A DNA stretch of 32,000 bases from an uncultured Chloroflexia bacterium (GTDB lineage: Bacteria > Chloroflexota > Ktedonobacteria > Ktedonobacterales > JADMIN01). Location of the stretch: NCBI GenBank assembly GCA_963718915.1, contig CAVRAI010000004.1, positions 780,001 to 812,000 on the forward strand. The letters run 5' to 3'. Both the position numbers and the translations under genes were made by a program. Shown here piece after piece: positions 16,111 to 25,933 of the stretch. Each line of letters opens with the position of its first letter. Position 1 is the first letter of the stretch. Below the pieces are notes generated by a model, which was not told the origin of the DNA, did no database searches, and was given only the letters and a program-made list of their open reading frames with translations.

Positions 16111-17058
16111 ATGGCTGATATGGCCCAATCATCGCAGGGCGCGAACCCTCTGCGCGCGCCTCGTCGCTCCCAGGCCGACCCGCTACGCCAGGCGACGACG
16201 ACCCTGGTGCGCTGGCGTGCTGGTGTCACGACGGCATCGGAGGACGAGCTGGCAGTCGAGGAGCCACTGGAGGTGCGGTTGCGCCTGAGCGACCCATCGA
16301 ATCCATCTGCGACTGAGACGATTGCTGTAATTATGCGCACTCCTGGCGCCGACGACGAGCTGGCGGTGGGCTTTCTCTATAGCGAAGGTCTGCTTGCCAG
16401 CGCCGACGAGCTGCGCGGTGTCATCCCTGGACAGGACGCGGATGGCCTTCCCTCGCCCAACCTGCTCGATATTATCCCGGCGCCTGAGGCTGGGATCGCG
16501 CAGCGCGTGCGTGCGGGTGGCGTCTCGCGCGCCTTCGCCGTGAGCGCCAGTTGCGGCGTCTGCGGGCGCAATAGCATCGCGGCGGTCTGTGCGGCCTTCC
16601 CACCGCGCGCGACCCAAACGCCGCTGACATCCGCCAGCGCGCTCGCGACCCTGCCCGACCAATTGCGCGCCGGGCAGCGTGTCTTCTCCTCGACAGGCGG
16701 GCTGCATGCCGCGGGACTCTTTGTGCCCGATGGGACGTTGCTCGCGCTCCGCGAGGACGTGGGCCGCCACAATGCGGTCGATAAGCTGGTTGGGCGCGCG
16801 CTGCTCGATCACACGCTGCCGCTGGAGCAGACGATGCTGCTGGTCAGCGGCAGGCTCTCATTCGAGATCGTGCAGAAGGTGGTCGCTGCGGGCATTCCGC
16901 TGGTGGCCGCCGTCTCCGCGCCGTCCAGCCTGGCGGTAGACCTGGCGCGCGAAAGCGGCGTCACGCTGGTCGCCTTCTTACGCGGCGCATCAATGAACAT
17001 CTATACGCACCCAGCGCGCATCCTATCGGATGGACACGAGGAGCGTACCGGCGTCTGA
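16111..17058 (+). CDS. fdhD: Formate dehydrogenase accessory sulfurtransferase FdhD
   Basis: EEPLEVRL, MRTPGADDELAVGFLYSEGL, SASCGVCG, GGLHAAGLF, VGRHNAVDKLVG, VSGRLSFEIVQK, SAPSSLAV motifs. ATG 16111 has GGGGAG 7 nt upstream. Confidence 0.85.
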   Translation: MADMAQSSQGANPLRAPRRSQADPLRQATTTLVRWRAGVTTASEDELAVEEPLEVRLRLSDPSNPSATETIAVIMRTPGADDELAVGFLYSEGLLASADELRGVIPGQDADGLPSPNLLDIIPAPEAGIAQRVRAGGVSRAFAVSASCGVCGRNSIAAVCAAFPPRATQTPLTSASALATLPDQLRAGQRVFSSTGGLHAAGLFVPDGTLLALREDVGRHNAVDKLVGRALLDHTLPLEQTMLLVSGRLSFEIVQKVVAAGIPLVAAVSAPSSLAVDLARESGVTLVAFLRGASMNIYTHPARILSDGHEERTGV

Positions 17059-17195
17059 AGGCTCTGGCTAATTTCCCCGCCCCTTTGACGCGCGCCCATT
17101 CGCCGTTGCGTTCACGTTATGGCCTGCTCGCCTCACCACAACGCGCGGTGTTCGTTGCAAATTCTGAAACGACATATGGCTACGGCGCGCATCTC

Positions 17196-18017
17196 TTACC
17201 GCTCGGAGGCCGCTGCCACCTCGGCGCCAATCGCCGACTGGACGAACTCGCGCCCCTGGCGGAGCCGCGCCAGATTGCGCTTTCTGCCAATGAAGCCAAC
17301 CTCGCGCGGGTGCAGTTCCAGTGTGATGAGGCCATCATAGCCATCGCGCGCCATCGTCGCCAGCAGTTCTCTGAGGGGCAGATCGCCCTCCCCTGGCATG
17401 ATATGGGTCTGGGCATGCTGGCCGATCCGGCGGGCGTCGCTGAGGTGCACATTCATGAGCAGGGGCCGGACGACCTCGTAGACCGCCAGCAAATCCTCGC
17501 CATTCGCGCCGACGTGGCAGGTATCAAGGGTCACGCCGCAGTTGTGGTCGCCAGCGTACGCCACCAGCGTCGTGATGTCGTCCAAAAGGTGCGGAGAAGT
17601 CCCGGCGTATTGCGTGCTTTCGAGGCTAATCGTGATGTTGCCCGGCACGGCTTCGTAGCCCAGCGCAATCGCTCGCTCGAAGAGGGCGGCGCGGTGGGAG
17701 TTCATGCTGCGCAGGCCCGGTACATGCGAGACACAGAGCGGGGCATCGACGAGATGGGCGGCGCTGGTCAGGTTGGTCATACGCCGCGTCACGGCGAGTG
17801 GCCAGCCCAGCACGCGCAGGCGCAGGAAGGGCGGATGCACGCTCAGCACCGGCATGCCGACAGTGCGAATCGCGCGCAGATAGGGCTGCGGGCCGCGCAG
17901 TTGGTAGCCCACGCCCAATGCTAGCTCAACCCCATCGAAGCCCGCGTCGCGCGCGAGCCGCAAGCTGTAGCCCAGGCTGCGTGAATAAAAGGTGGCCGTC
18001 GAGAAACTGATACGCAT
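17196..18017 (-). CDS. Sugar phosphate isomerase/epimerase (xylose isomerase-like TIM barrel)
   Basis: MRISFSTATFYSRSL...ARDAGFDGVEL, VTLDTCHVG, NVHLSD, ITLELHP are typical AP-endonuclease-2/TIM-barrel motifs. The start is uncertain (18017 or 18053). Confidence 0.8.
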   Translation of the reverse strand: MRISFSTATFYSRSLGYSLRLARDAGFDGVELALGVGYQLRGPQPYLRAIRTVGMPVLSVHPPFLRLRVLGWPLAVTRRMTNLTSAAHLVDAPLCVSHVPGLRSMNSHRAALFERAIALGYEAVPGNITISLESTQYAGTSPHLLDDITTLVAYAGDHNCGVTLDTCHVGANGEDLLAVYEVVRPLLMNVHLSDARRIGQHAQTHIMPGEGDLPLRELLATMARDGYDGLITLELHPREVGFIGRKRNLARLRQGREFVQSAIGAEVAAASER

Positions 18018-18120
18018 GCCTGAAGCATACCTGCCTGAGTGTTTTGGGGTCAACTGAATAGGCGGTCCCGGGGTCTGGTGGTTTGTTCGTCACGATGACC
18101 GGCGCCGTGGTACGATACGT

Positions 18121-18140
18121 TGCGATGCGATGCGATGCGC
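18121..18140 (+). repeat. Pentanucleotide repeat TGCGA/TGCGC x4
   Basis: TGCGATGCGATGCGATGCGC in the divergent intergenic region. Confidence 0.7.
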
Positions 18141-18174
18141 CAGGAGCGGTATGGTCGAATAGACCCACTGGCTC

Positions 18175-19569
18175 TTGCTGACAAATACACTCGACAATGG
18201 GGGGTTAGTTATCGTGCCCGGATCACGCGCACTGTCGCGGCGCGCACAGAGACGGCTCTCGCCACGATTCTGGCGGGTCGTGTCCCGGATCGCTGAGTTG
18301 GCCGCTGTCTTTGCCCTTGTCGTCGCTGGCCGGATGTATGCGGTCACCCACTGGAAGCTCACCTCAGGCGATGTGATCGAGTACAACACCTACGCGCAGG
18401 CCTTCTGGCTCGGCCGACCGCCGCTCCACCAGCTGCCAGTCGAGTATCCGCCGCTGGCGATTATCCCGTTCTCCCTGACGCTTCTGCCCCCGTTGAAGGA
18501 TATCCAGACCATCTTCTCGCTCTGGATGGCCGCCGTCGTCGTGGTTGGCTATGCGGGCTTCCTCCGCTTCTCAACGCGCCGACGTGGCCTGATCTACCTA
18601 CTGTATCTGCTGGTCGGATCAAATGCCGTCCTGACCGCGCGCTTCGACATCATGCCCGCGCTCATCACTCTGGCTGCCCTCTGGGCCACCGAACGCAAGC
18701 GCTTTGTGCTGGCCTATCTGCTGCTGGCGGCGGGAATCCTGCTCAAACTGTATCCCGCCTTCCTGTTGCCCATCGTGATGATTGCGCACTGGCAGGCTGT
18801 CCGGGTCGCCTACCCGACGACCATGCGCTGGCGCGACGGGTTACGCGCGCTGGTGGCCTTCGTGAGGCGCGACCCCGCGATGCGCGCCGTTGCGTCGGGG
18901 GCGGCGCTCTGTGTGGGAGTGGTTGCGTTGGCCTTTGCCGCGGCGATTGCTGTTGCTGGCGGCGCGGCGCTTTCCGGCTTCACCTATGCCAGTGACCGCC
19001 CGCTACAAATCGAATCGACCCCGGCCACGCTCCTCTGGCTTGGTACGCTTGTCGGTATTCCCGCGCACCCTGAGTTCTCGTTCGTCTCACTCAATATGGT
19101 GGGATCGCTGGATGTCGTTCTCAAGCCGCTCTCAGCGGTGGCGCTCGTCGCGGGGTGTCTGGTGGTCTACTGGGGACAGATGCGCCATCGGCTCACGGTG
19201 GGTCAGGCTGTGCTGGCCTGCCTCTGCGCGGTGATGGTGACCAACAAAATCTTTAGCCCGCAGTACATCATTTGGGTGCTGCCAATCGTCGCCGCGGTCG
19301 AGGGATTCAGCCTGCTCTGGGTCGCCATTGGCGTCCTGACGACGCTGGACTTTCCCATCGTCTACGGCCTACGCGCGCCTATCTGGGACGCGCCGTTTAG
19401 CTGGCAGTTTATGCCGGTGATCGCGGCGCGTAATCTGCTCCTGCTGTATGCGACGCTGCGCGCCATCCTGCGGCGGCCTCACAAGCGGGTAGCGGCGCTA
19501 TCCGCCAGAGAGAGCGATCAGGCAGTGCGGCGCGCGGACTCAGATTCGGCGCCCATTGCGACGCGGTAG
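18175..19569 (+). CDS. Polytopic membrane protein, GT-C-like (DUF2029/GT87-like) putative glycosyltransferase
   Basis: At least 9 hydrophobic segments. RFDIMPALITLAALWA...LLKLYPAFLLP resembles polyprenol-dependent glycosyltransferases. The assignment is by resemblance only. An alternative in-frame GTG start at 18214 is preceded by a GGGGGG run. Confidence 0.55.
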   Translation: MLTNTLDNGGLVIVPGSRALSRRAQRRLSPRFWRVVSRIAELAAVFALVVAGRMYAVTHWKLTSGDVIEYNTYAQAFWLGRPPLHQLPVEYPPLAIIPFSLTLLPPLKDIQTIFSLWMAAVVVVGYAGFLRFSTRRRGLIYLLYLLVGSNAVLTARFDIMPALITLAALWATERKRFVLAYLLLAAGILLKLYPAFLLPIVMIAHWQAVRVAYPTTMRWRDGLRALVAFVRRDPAMRAVASGAALCVGVVALAFAAAIAVAGGAALSGFTYASDRPLQIESTPATLLWLGTLVGIPAHPEFSFVSLNMVGSLDVVLKPLSAVALVAGCLVVYWGQMRHRLTVGQAVLACLCAVMVTNKIFSPQYIIWVLPIVAAVEGFSLLWVAIGVLTTLDFPIVYGLRAPIWDAPFSWQFMPVIAARNLLLLYATLRAILRRPHKRVAALSARESDQAVRRADSDSAPIATR

Positions 19570-19621
19570 CCGCGACACCTGTGCAAGATAACGTTGACGT
19601 GATAGAGGGAGAGCACGACGA

Positions 19622-20746
19622 GTGTCGGGTGACCGCAGCCGCATCTTCACTTTTGGCCTCGCCATCTCGTGGCTTCTGATTGTGGCGCTACCGATTATCA
19701 TCTCCGTGCGACTCACACAGTCATGGTATGGTTTGCCGTTGCTGGGAGTCGTCGTCTGGTTCGCCGGACTGCGGGTGGCGCGCGTGCTTTCGCCTGCCGT
19801 CCGTGCCGACGCCGAGATGCGGCGCGGCGATTATGAGGCGGCGCGTGTGCGTTGTCAGCGCGCGCTGGCTGTGCAGGGCGCCGGGGCATGGGCCGGAACA
19901 CGCCGCCTGGTCTGGCTCAACCGTTATACGACCGCGCTCTGGATGTTGGGGCAGCCCGATGAAGCCCTCAACGCGGCGCTGGAGGCGGTCACGATCTCAT
20001 CAGACCCCGAGACGCTCGGCAATTGCGCCGCGACGCTGCTGGCGCTGAACCGTTATACCGAGGCTGCGGAGGCTGCTCGCATAGCGCAATCGCTCTCACG
20101 CGAACGCTCGGTGAGCGCCAACGCGGCGCTAGCGGGCGCAATGCTGGCGCGTGGTCTGCCTGCTGAGGCAGAGGCGCTGGCGCTGGCAGGCTTTAGCGAT
20201 GTGCAGGCGCTGCTGCCGCTGGCCCGGCGCGAGCACTATGTCGCCTGTCTGGCGATACTCTGCCGCGCTGAGCGGGCCCTCAATCGCACTGAGGCCGCCG
20301 CGCAAGCATTTGAAGCCCTCCAGCAGGCTCCGCGACATGTCCGTGCATTGCAGGCATTCGCGCTGGTAGAGGAGGCCGAGCGCGAGGCGCTCATTTCCGG
20401 TGGGAAGGAGCGCGCGTTTGCGCTGTTGACCGATGCCTTTGAACGCAACGAGCCATATGTGCTGTGGTATTTCACGCAGCCGGACGGTTTCCGTTGGATG
20501 CGCGATGATCCGCTCTATGTGCGCGCCGTCACCTCTGCCGATGAACGCGAATCACGCCTTTCGGCGCATGCCGTCTCCGTTGAACAGGTGGCGCTGGTGC
20601 TTGCGCAGGCGCGGAAGACTGGCCACCCACGGCCCGCGCCACAGGCCAGCCGCGCGGCATTGTTCGCGCAATTGCTCACGCTCGCCGCAACGGTGGCGCT
20701 GCTCACCTGGTGGACATGGAGCTTCTTCATCGGCGGCGCCTCGTAG
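19622..20746 (+). CDS. Membrane-anchored helical-repeat (TPR-like) hypothetical protein
   Basis: GTG 19622 is preceded by GAGGGAGAG. Two N-terminal and one C-terminal hydrophobic helices flank an Ala/Leu/Arg-rich helical repeat region. Confidence 0.55.
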   Translation: MSGDRSRIFTFGLAISWLLIVALPIIISVRLTQSWYGLPLLGVVVWFAGLRVARVLSPAVRADAEMRRGDYEAARVRCQRALAVQGAGAWAGTRRLVWLNRYTTALWMLGQPDEALNAALEAVTISSDPETLGNCAATLLALNRYTEAAEAARIAQSLSRERSVSANAALAGAMLARGLPAEAEALALAGFSDVQALLPLARREHYVACLAILCRAERALNRTEAAAQAFEALQQAPRHVRALQAFALVEEAEREALISGGKERAFALLTDAFERNEPYVLWYFTQPDGFRWMRDDPLYVRAVTSADERESRLSAHAVSVEQVALVLAQARKTGHPRPAPQASRAALFAQLLTLAATVALLTWWTWSFFIGGAS

Positions 20747-20766
20747 CCATCGATTTTGAGACACGA

Positions 20767-20803
20767 ATAGCTCCCCCGTACGTCTGTGTATCAGGGGAGC
20801 TAT
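20767..20803. terminator. Perfect 10-bp hairpin between convergent genes (possible factor-independent terminator, no U-tract)
   Basis: ATAGCTCCCC (20767-20776), 17-nt loop, GGGGAGCTAT (20794-20803). Confidence 0.35.
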
Positions 20804-20837
20804 GGGTTCGCGAGTGGCGCTACATAACGCTCAGGGT

Positions 20838-21875
20838 TCAGGCGCGTTTGGCCGGAACTTTGAGCGACTTGACGAAGTTTTCGGCCAGCGTATCGAACGA
20901 CTCGCTGTTGTAATCTTCGATCTTGCCGCCATCACAGAGCATGGCGATCTCTGGATCGATCGGGATCTGCGCCAGCAACGGCGCGCCGGTCATATAGACG
21001 AGATCGCTGCCATTGCTGGGACCGAAGATTTCATTACGGCTGCCATCGGGCATGGTCAGATAGGCCATATTCTCGACGACGCCGAGAATGCGTCCCTTGA
21101 GCGTCTGCACCATCTTGATGCATTTGATCACAATCTCGGTTGCCAGCATCTGTGGCGAGGAGACGATGATAACGCCATCCACCGGCAATGACTGCATCAC
21201 TGTCATTGGCGCATCCGACGTCCCTGGCGGCAGGTCCACCAGCAGGAAATCGAGGTTGCCCCAGTCGGCGTCGCTGTAGAACTGACGGATGGCGCTGGAG
21301 ACCATCGGGCCGCGCCAGACGACGGGATCGGTCGAGTCGGGCAGGAACATATTCATCGACATAACCTTGACGCCGCCTACCGACCGCAGTGGCTCGATGC
21401 CCGCATCGGTCTTGCGTGGTTGCCCGCGTACGCCGAACTCCTTGGCAATGCTCGGGCCGGTGATATCGCCATCGAGGACGCCAACTTTCAGCCCCTGGCG
21501 TTGCAGCGCGACGGCGAGCAGGCCCGTCACCAACGACTTGCCCACGCCACCTTTGCCACTCATCACCGCCACAATATGGCGAATCTTGCTATCCTGTGGC
21601 TGGCCCATCACCTGGAGCGGGATACCCCGGCCAACAGGAGCCTTCGTCGCGGGCTTGATGCCCTCGGCCTCCTGTCCGTTCGCCACACGATTCAGGTCGC
21701 TCAACAGCGCCTCGACACTCAGGCGATGTGTGCGCGCCCCAGCCGCGACGCTCTCCCGCGCGCCAATCTGACACGCGGTGCAGGGCAGTCCATGCCCCTG
21801 GAAAACCTTCACGGTCTGCGGATATTGCGAGACCACATCGTGAATAATCATGTCCGCATTTATCTCAACTGCCAT
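20838..21875 (-). CDS. mrp: Mrp/NBP35 (ApbC-type) Fe-S cluster carrier ATPase with N-terminal DUF1858-like CxxC domain
   Basis: P-loop VMSGKGGVGKS, LDGDITGPS, LVDLPPGTSD, VVENM. The N-terminal 60 aa (IHDVVSQYPQTVKVFQGHGLPCTACQ) resemble the DUF1858/redox-disulfide domain. RBS GGGAGAAG. Confidence 0.85.
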   Translation of the reverse strand: MAVEINADMIIHDVVSQYPQTVKVFQGHGLPCTACQIGARESVAAGARTHRLSVEALLSDLNRVANGQEAEGIKPATKAPVGRGIPLQVMGQPQDSKIRHIVAVMSGKGGVGKSLVTGLLAVALQRQGLKVGVLDGDITGPSIAKEFGVRGQPRKTDAGIEPLRSVGGVKVMSMNMFLPDSTDPVVWRGPMVSSAIRQFYSDADWGNLDFLLVDLPPGTSDAPMTVMQSLPVDGVIIVSSPQMLATEIVIKCIKMVQTLKGRILGVVENMAYLTMPDGSRNEIFGPSNGSDLVYMTGAPLLAQIPIDPEIAMLCDGGKIEDYNSESFDTLAENFVKSLKVPAKRA

Positions 21876-22008
21876 GCGTCTTCTCCCAGCAGCATCCTCA
21901 CGAGTGTCTGCGGCTTGCCCGGCAAAGGCACAGTCGCCAGTGACCTGTGGGTATGGCCTACCGACCCTGTCATTCCAGAGGCGGCCTAATTCCGACTAGC
22001 CAACTAGG

Positions 22009-22017
22009 ATTATACCA
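22009..22017 (-). promoter_or_regulatory. Extended -10 promoter element TGGTATAAT (minus strand), candidate mrp promoter
   Basis: Minus strand reads GCGTGGTATAATCC. No good -35 element. It would give a leader of about 125 nt. Confidence 0.3.
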
Positions 22018-22234
22018 CGCATGTCCCTAGGAAAAGCAGGTGTAGATGCCCAGTTGTCGTGTAAAGTTAGTCTGCTTGTGCTGGGTGGCTCGCAACGCGC
22101 GAATGGCAGAGCAGTTGATGTCTGCCGAGCCATACATGACCCATGTGTAGCGATTCCTCCTCGTGCACAGTTTCGCCACCTGGCAAATCTGCGCGGCGCC
22201 CCTCAACCCTGAGCTGAACTGAACCACCAGTGCG

Positions 22235-23554
22235 TTAAGACGCGCTACCGCCGATGAGCAGGCCATAGAACAGCAGTATCGTTGCGGCGCCCATTATCAG
22301 GGCAATCAAAACGAGGGCGACGTTGGTGATGGGGCTAAGACGATAAGAGCGCATGATCGTACGGTTGTTGCCAACGAGGAGCAGAAAAACGATCAGCACA
22401 GGTGAGAGAATGCCCTGTAAGACATTCGCCCAGAACATGAGTTGAATCGGATCGAACCGCAGCAGCGCGACGATCAGACTGAGCATCATCGCTGCTGTCA
22501 TGATCAAATAGAATCCTTCACTCTGCCATGGCTTCTTCCAGAGGCTTGCCGACCAGCCAAATACGCCAGATAAGCCATATGATGTACTTGCCAGCAAGAC
22601 AGGAATCGCGATCATCCCTGAGCCAATGAAGCCAATCGCAAAGAGCTGTTCGGCGTAGGGGCCAAGCAGCGGAGCCAGAGCGGCCGCGGCGTCGGCAGCG
22701 GTCTGTATCTCTTTGCGGTGGGTGAAGAGCGTTGCAGCCGTGCAGACAATGATGGCGTACGCCACTAAATTGCCGGCTATTGTTCCTACGGCAACATCAA
22801 GCGCCGCCAGTCTGAACTGCTGTTTGCGCGTGCCAGGGCGCTTGTGTTCTTTTTCGCCCTGAACCTGCCAGTATATCGTATATGGTGAGATGGTGGCCCC
22901 CAGCAGAGCGACGGCGCTGCTGACGCTCGCAAGCCTCAGCGAGAGATGAGGGATGAGTGTCGCCTGGAGAACCTCGCCCCAATGTGCGCCGGACACCACA
23001 CCTGTTATCAGGTAAGCGACGAAGACCAGGCTCATGGCCAAAAACATCTTCTTGATGGCGCCAAAGCTCTGATAGACAATCAGATACCACAGGCCAACAG
23101 CGACCGGGACAACGAACCATTCCCAGGCGATTCCCGTGAGCAACTGAATGCCAGTGCCAATGGCAACCAGGTCGGCGGCGATCAGGGTGGTATTGGCGAC
23201 TACCAGTGTCAATGATGCGGGGATGGCGATCTTCTGCCCATAGTGCTCGCGCAGGATGTCGGTTAACCCCTTCTGCGTGATGCGCCCAATTTTGGCGCAG
23301 GCATATTGCACCGCCTGGTAGAGCGGCGTCGCCAGCAGAAGCAGCCAGAGCTGACTGTAGCCATTGGTAGCGCCGTTGACCGCATACGTCGTGACTGCCG
23401 AGGAGTCATTTCCGGCCATGCCGCCCAACACGCCAGGGCCGAGCGTGCGCAGGTAGGCGCCTGGCTCGATGCTCGCGGGTGCGCCTGGTTCGCCAATAGA
23501 CTCTGACAAAGCGCGCCGCTGCTCTTTACCCTCAGCGCTATCCCCAGCACTCAT
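22235..23554 (-). CDS. mntH: NRAMP-family divalent metal (Mn2+/Fe2+) transporter
   Basis: GPGVLGGMAGNDSSAVTTYAVNGATNGYSQLW matches the NRAMP DPGN-type motif region, with multiple TM helices. ATG 23554 is preceded by GGGAGGG. The track ORF begins at TTG 23596. Confidence 0.85.
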   Translation of the reverse strand: MSAGDSAEGKEQRRALSESIGEPGAPASIEPGAYLRTLGPGVLGGMAGNDSSAVTTYAVNGATNGYSQLWLLLLATPLYQAVQYACAKIGRITQKGLTDILREHYGQKIAIPASLTLVVANTTLIAADLVAIGTGIQLLTGIAWEWFVVPVAVGLWYLIVYQSFGAIKKMFLAMSLVFVAYLITGVVSGAHWGEVLQATLIPHLSLRLASVSSAVALLGATISPYTIYWQVQGEKEHKRPGTRKQQFRLAALDVAVGTIAGNLVAYAIIVCTAATLFTHRKEIQTAADAAAALAPLLGPYAEQLFAIGFIGSGMIAIPVLLASTSYGLSGVFGWSASLWKKPWQSEGFYLIMTAAMMLSLIVALLRFDPIQLMFWANVLQGILSPVLIVFLLLVGNNRTIMRSYRLSPITNVALVLIALIMGAATILLFYGLLIGGSAS

Positions 23555-23636
23555 TGCGTCCCTCCCTGGAAGCGTTTTTCGTGACAGGCATCCCAATCAC
23601 GTGCTCATCCATCAGGGAGACCATGCAAGGCACTTG

Positions 23637-23658
23637 CCATCCGCTCGCCATCCGCTCG
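23637..23658 (+). repeat. 11-nt tandem repeat CCATCCGCTCG x2
   Basis: Copies at 23637-23647 and 23648-23658, 83 nt upstream (minus sense) of the mntH start. Confidence 0.7.
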
Positions 23659-24071
23659 CGATGAACATCTCAATGCATCACAACTCGACGCCCACCTTAC
23701 GTATCGCGTGCGAGGACTTGCACGCTGTTGTTTCTGCGATATCGCGAAAAGGCCGAGTATTTCTAGGATGATAGTAGGTACACTTTTCGGCTGGCGGCTC
23801 CGCGCCAATGAGTATTCGACGCGGCATCCTTGCCACTCGTTGAGGCGCCTTCCTCAAATGCCTGCCTAATCTAGCGTTTGGGTCGTCTGAGCATATCAAT
23901 CCGCCCATTGAACCAAAGATGCTGGCTGAGAAGCGTTTGCACTGTGCGGCATCGGTTAGCCACCTCGCTCCAATCAGTCCTGCACGTTGTATGCCATTCG
24001 CCAAATATTGATCAAATAGTGCTAGCTTACATTTGGCTGAATGCAATGCAAGACCCTCAGCGAGCGCGAGA

Positions 24072-24563
24072 CTATTTTGTTGTTTCTTGACCGGTCGCTA
24101 CGAGTCGGAGCAACAAGACTGGGCAAGGCGCATGATCGACGACGAAGCGTGCGGTATGACCGACGGAGGGCGGACCGATGCGGGGGAATCCATCGGGATG
24201 TTCGCGCGCGCGAATCGCCACCAGATCAACTTGTAGCTCACGCGCCAATGTAACGATGTTTTGTTCAGGCCTGCCGCGCTCCAGACGTGTCTCGATGGTG
24301 GTAATCCGCCCATCCAGGTTGCGTGCGGCGGCTTCGGCCTCGCTCAATGCTTCCTTGCCAGCTGATTCCTCGGCCAGGGCAATCTCTCGCTGACGATCTG
24401 GCGATACCCGCCGCAACAGCCCTCGTTGCGCGTCGACGCTATGGCGTGGCTGATCGTCTATGATGTGTACGAGGGCCAGATAATCGAGATCGCCTACAAG
24501 CGCGAGCGCAGCGTGAATTACTTGCGCTCCGTCACGGTGTCCTATCGCACAAAGCAGACGCAT
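24072..24563 (-). CDS. Universal stress protein (UspA family)
   Basis: MRLLCAIGH..., ...LVAIRAR..., C-terminal GHTARFVVDHAPCPVLLLR, typical of the USP ATP-binding fold. Confidence 0.8.
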   Translation of the reverse strand: MRLLCAIGHRDGAQVIHAALALVGDLDYLALVHIIDDQPRHSVDAQRGLLRRVSPDRQREIALAEESAGKEALSEAEAAARNLDGRITTIETRLERGRPEQNIVTLARELQVDLVAIRAREHPDGFPRIGPPSVGHTARFVVDHAPCPVLLLRLVATGQETTK

Positions 24564-24592
24564 CGTGATGCTCCCATCGTTTCAATTCAGCT

Positions 24593-25861
24593 CTACACGC
24601 GGAGCCAGATCAACAAAACGCCCAACGTCAGCATCACCGGTACGACCGCCAATCCCAGTTTGAGGTATTCGCGCGTGGAGATCTCCAGTCCCTTACGGCG
24701 CAGAATCAGCAGCCAGAGAATCGTCGCCAGCGAACCGACTGTCGTCAAGTTTGGGCCGAGGTCGGCGCCGAGTATGATGGCAAAGATCATCCCCATCTGC
24801 GTTGCTGGTGGAGACTGAACACCATGAATTGTGGAGATCATAACCAGCGCCATCGGCACATTGTTGATTAAGTTGGCGCCGAGCGCTGTGCCGCCCGCAA
24901 CCAACGCCACGGAACGCAGTTGGCTTGTACCAGCCAGATGAAGGAGCGCCTGTCCGAACGCCGTTGTCAGGCCCAGGGTCTCGACACCGCGCACCAGCAG
25001 GAACATCCCGCTGACGAAGATAAACAGCGACCATGAGATATCGCTGCGCCAGCGGTTCCAGTGTATCTGGCGAGACCATGCGGCGCAGCCCAGCAGCAAC
25101 ACACTCCCAGCGAGCGCGACGATTGAAATCGGCACACTGGCGACTGAGGCAATCACATAGCCTAGCGCGATGACGAGCAGACACACCATGACGGCACGCA
25201 AGAATCTGGGGTCAACCTGCGGTCTGGGGATCGTGTCGGCATCAAAGCGTTCCGTCAGTGCACGCCGGAAGATCAGCGTAAATAGCCCGATGTTGAGCGT
25301 GACGCACACGAGCGCGGGCAGCGCGAGATAATGCAGGAAGGTTCCGAGACCGCCTCCAAATGTGTTGAGCACCAGAATGTTGATCGGATTGCTGACGGGG
25401 AGGAGAAAGGACGCGGTATCGGCGATAAACGTGCAGGCAAACATGAACGGCAATACAGGAAGTCGTAGCCGAGTTACCAGGGCATAGACAACCGGTGTCA
25501 GAATGAGCGCGGTGGCATCATTCGAGAGGAATGCGGTGATGACGACACCAACCGCGAAGATGGCGAGGTAGAGGCGAAGGCTACTTCCGCCTGCCAGTCG
25601 CGCGGCCTGATAGGCAAGAATATCGAAGACTCCAGCGGCGTCGGAAATGGCTGAGATCACCATCAGCCCCAGGAAGAAGCCATAGATATTCCACTGCCCA
25701 AGCAGAGTGCTGGTGGCGTCATCTGGCGTAATGATTCCGCAGACCAGCATGAGCAGTCCGCCGCCCGCCGCGATCACAGCCTCGCTGAGCCGCAAGGGGC
25801 GGATCATGATAAGGACAAGCGTCGAGACGAAAATCAGCGCTCCGAGGACAATATGCGCCAC
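24593..25861 (-). CDS. ArsB/NhaD-superfamily permease (anion/ion transporter)
   Basis: Twelve-TM-like hydrophobic profile. N-terminus IFVSTLVLIMIRP...EAVIAAGGGLLML and internal FLSNDATALILTPV are typical of ArsB/CitMHS-type permeases. GTG 25861 with GGGAGG 5 nt upstream. A 30-nt gap to usp suggests co-transcription. Confidence 0.75.
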   Translation of the reverse strand: MAHIVLGALIFVSTLVLIMIRPLRLSEAVIAAGGGLLMLVCGIITPDDATSTLLGQWNIYGFFLGLMVISAISDAAGVFDILAYQAARLAGGSSLRLYLAIFAVGVVITAFLSNDATALILTPVVYALVTRLRLPVLPFMFACTFIADTASFLLPVSNPINILVLNTFGGGLGTFLHYLALPALVCVTLNIGLFTLIFRRALTERFDADTIPRPQVDPRFLRAVMVCLLVIALGYVIASVASVPISIVALAGSVLLLGCAAWSRQIHWNRWRSDISWSLFIFVSGMFLLVRGVETLGLTTAFGQALLHLAGTSQLRSVALVAGGTALGANLINNVPMALVMISTIHGVQSPPATQMGMIFAIILGADLGPNLTTVGSLATILWLLILRRKGLEISTREYLKLGLAVVPVMLTLGVLLIWLRV

Positions 25862-25933
25862 AATCGCCTCCCAGGGAGCGAAGAGCAGTGTTCACGGATG
25901 TACGAATGCCAGAAGATCAAATAGTGAGACGAG

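Noticed and set aside
16111-17058. fdhD without any formate dehydrogenase or molybdoenzyme neighbour as an anomaly
   Set aside because: FdhD-type sulfurtransferases are often encoded away from their client enzymes, so this is not informative within a 32-kb window.
23555-23900. yybP-ykoY Mn2+ riboswitch in the mntH leader
   Set aside because: The conserved GGGGAGUAG and GAGAC-type cores were not seen. That riboswitch also usually controls exporters rather than NRAMP importers.
23678-24046. 122-aa ORF (-) and 70-aa ORF (+) in the low-GC region upstream of mntH
   Set aside because: No RBS, atypical composition and no family resemblance. I treat the region as non-coding or a decayed remnant.
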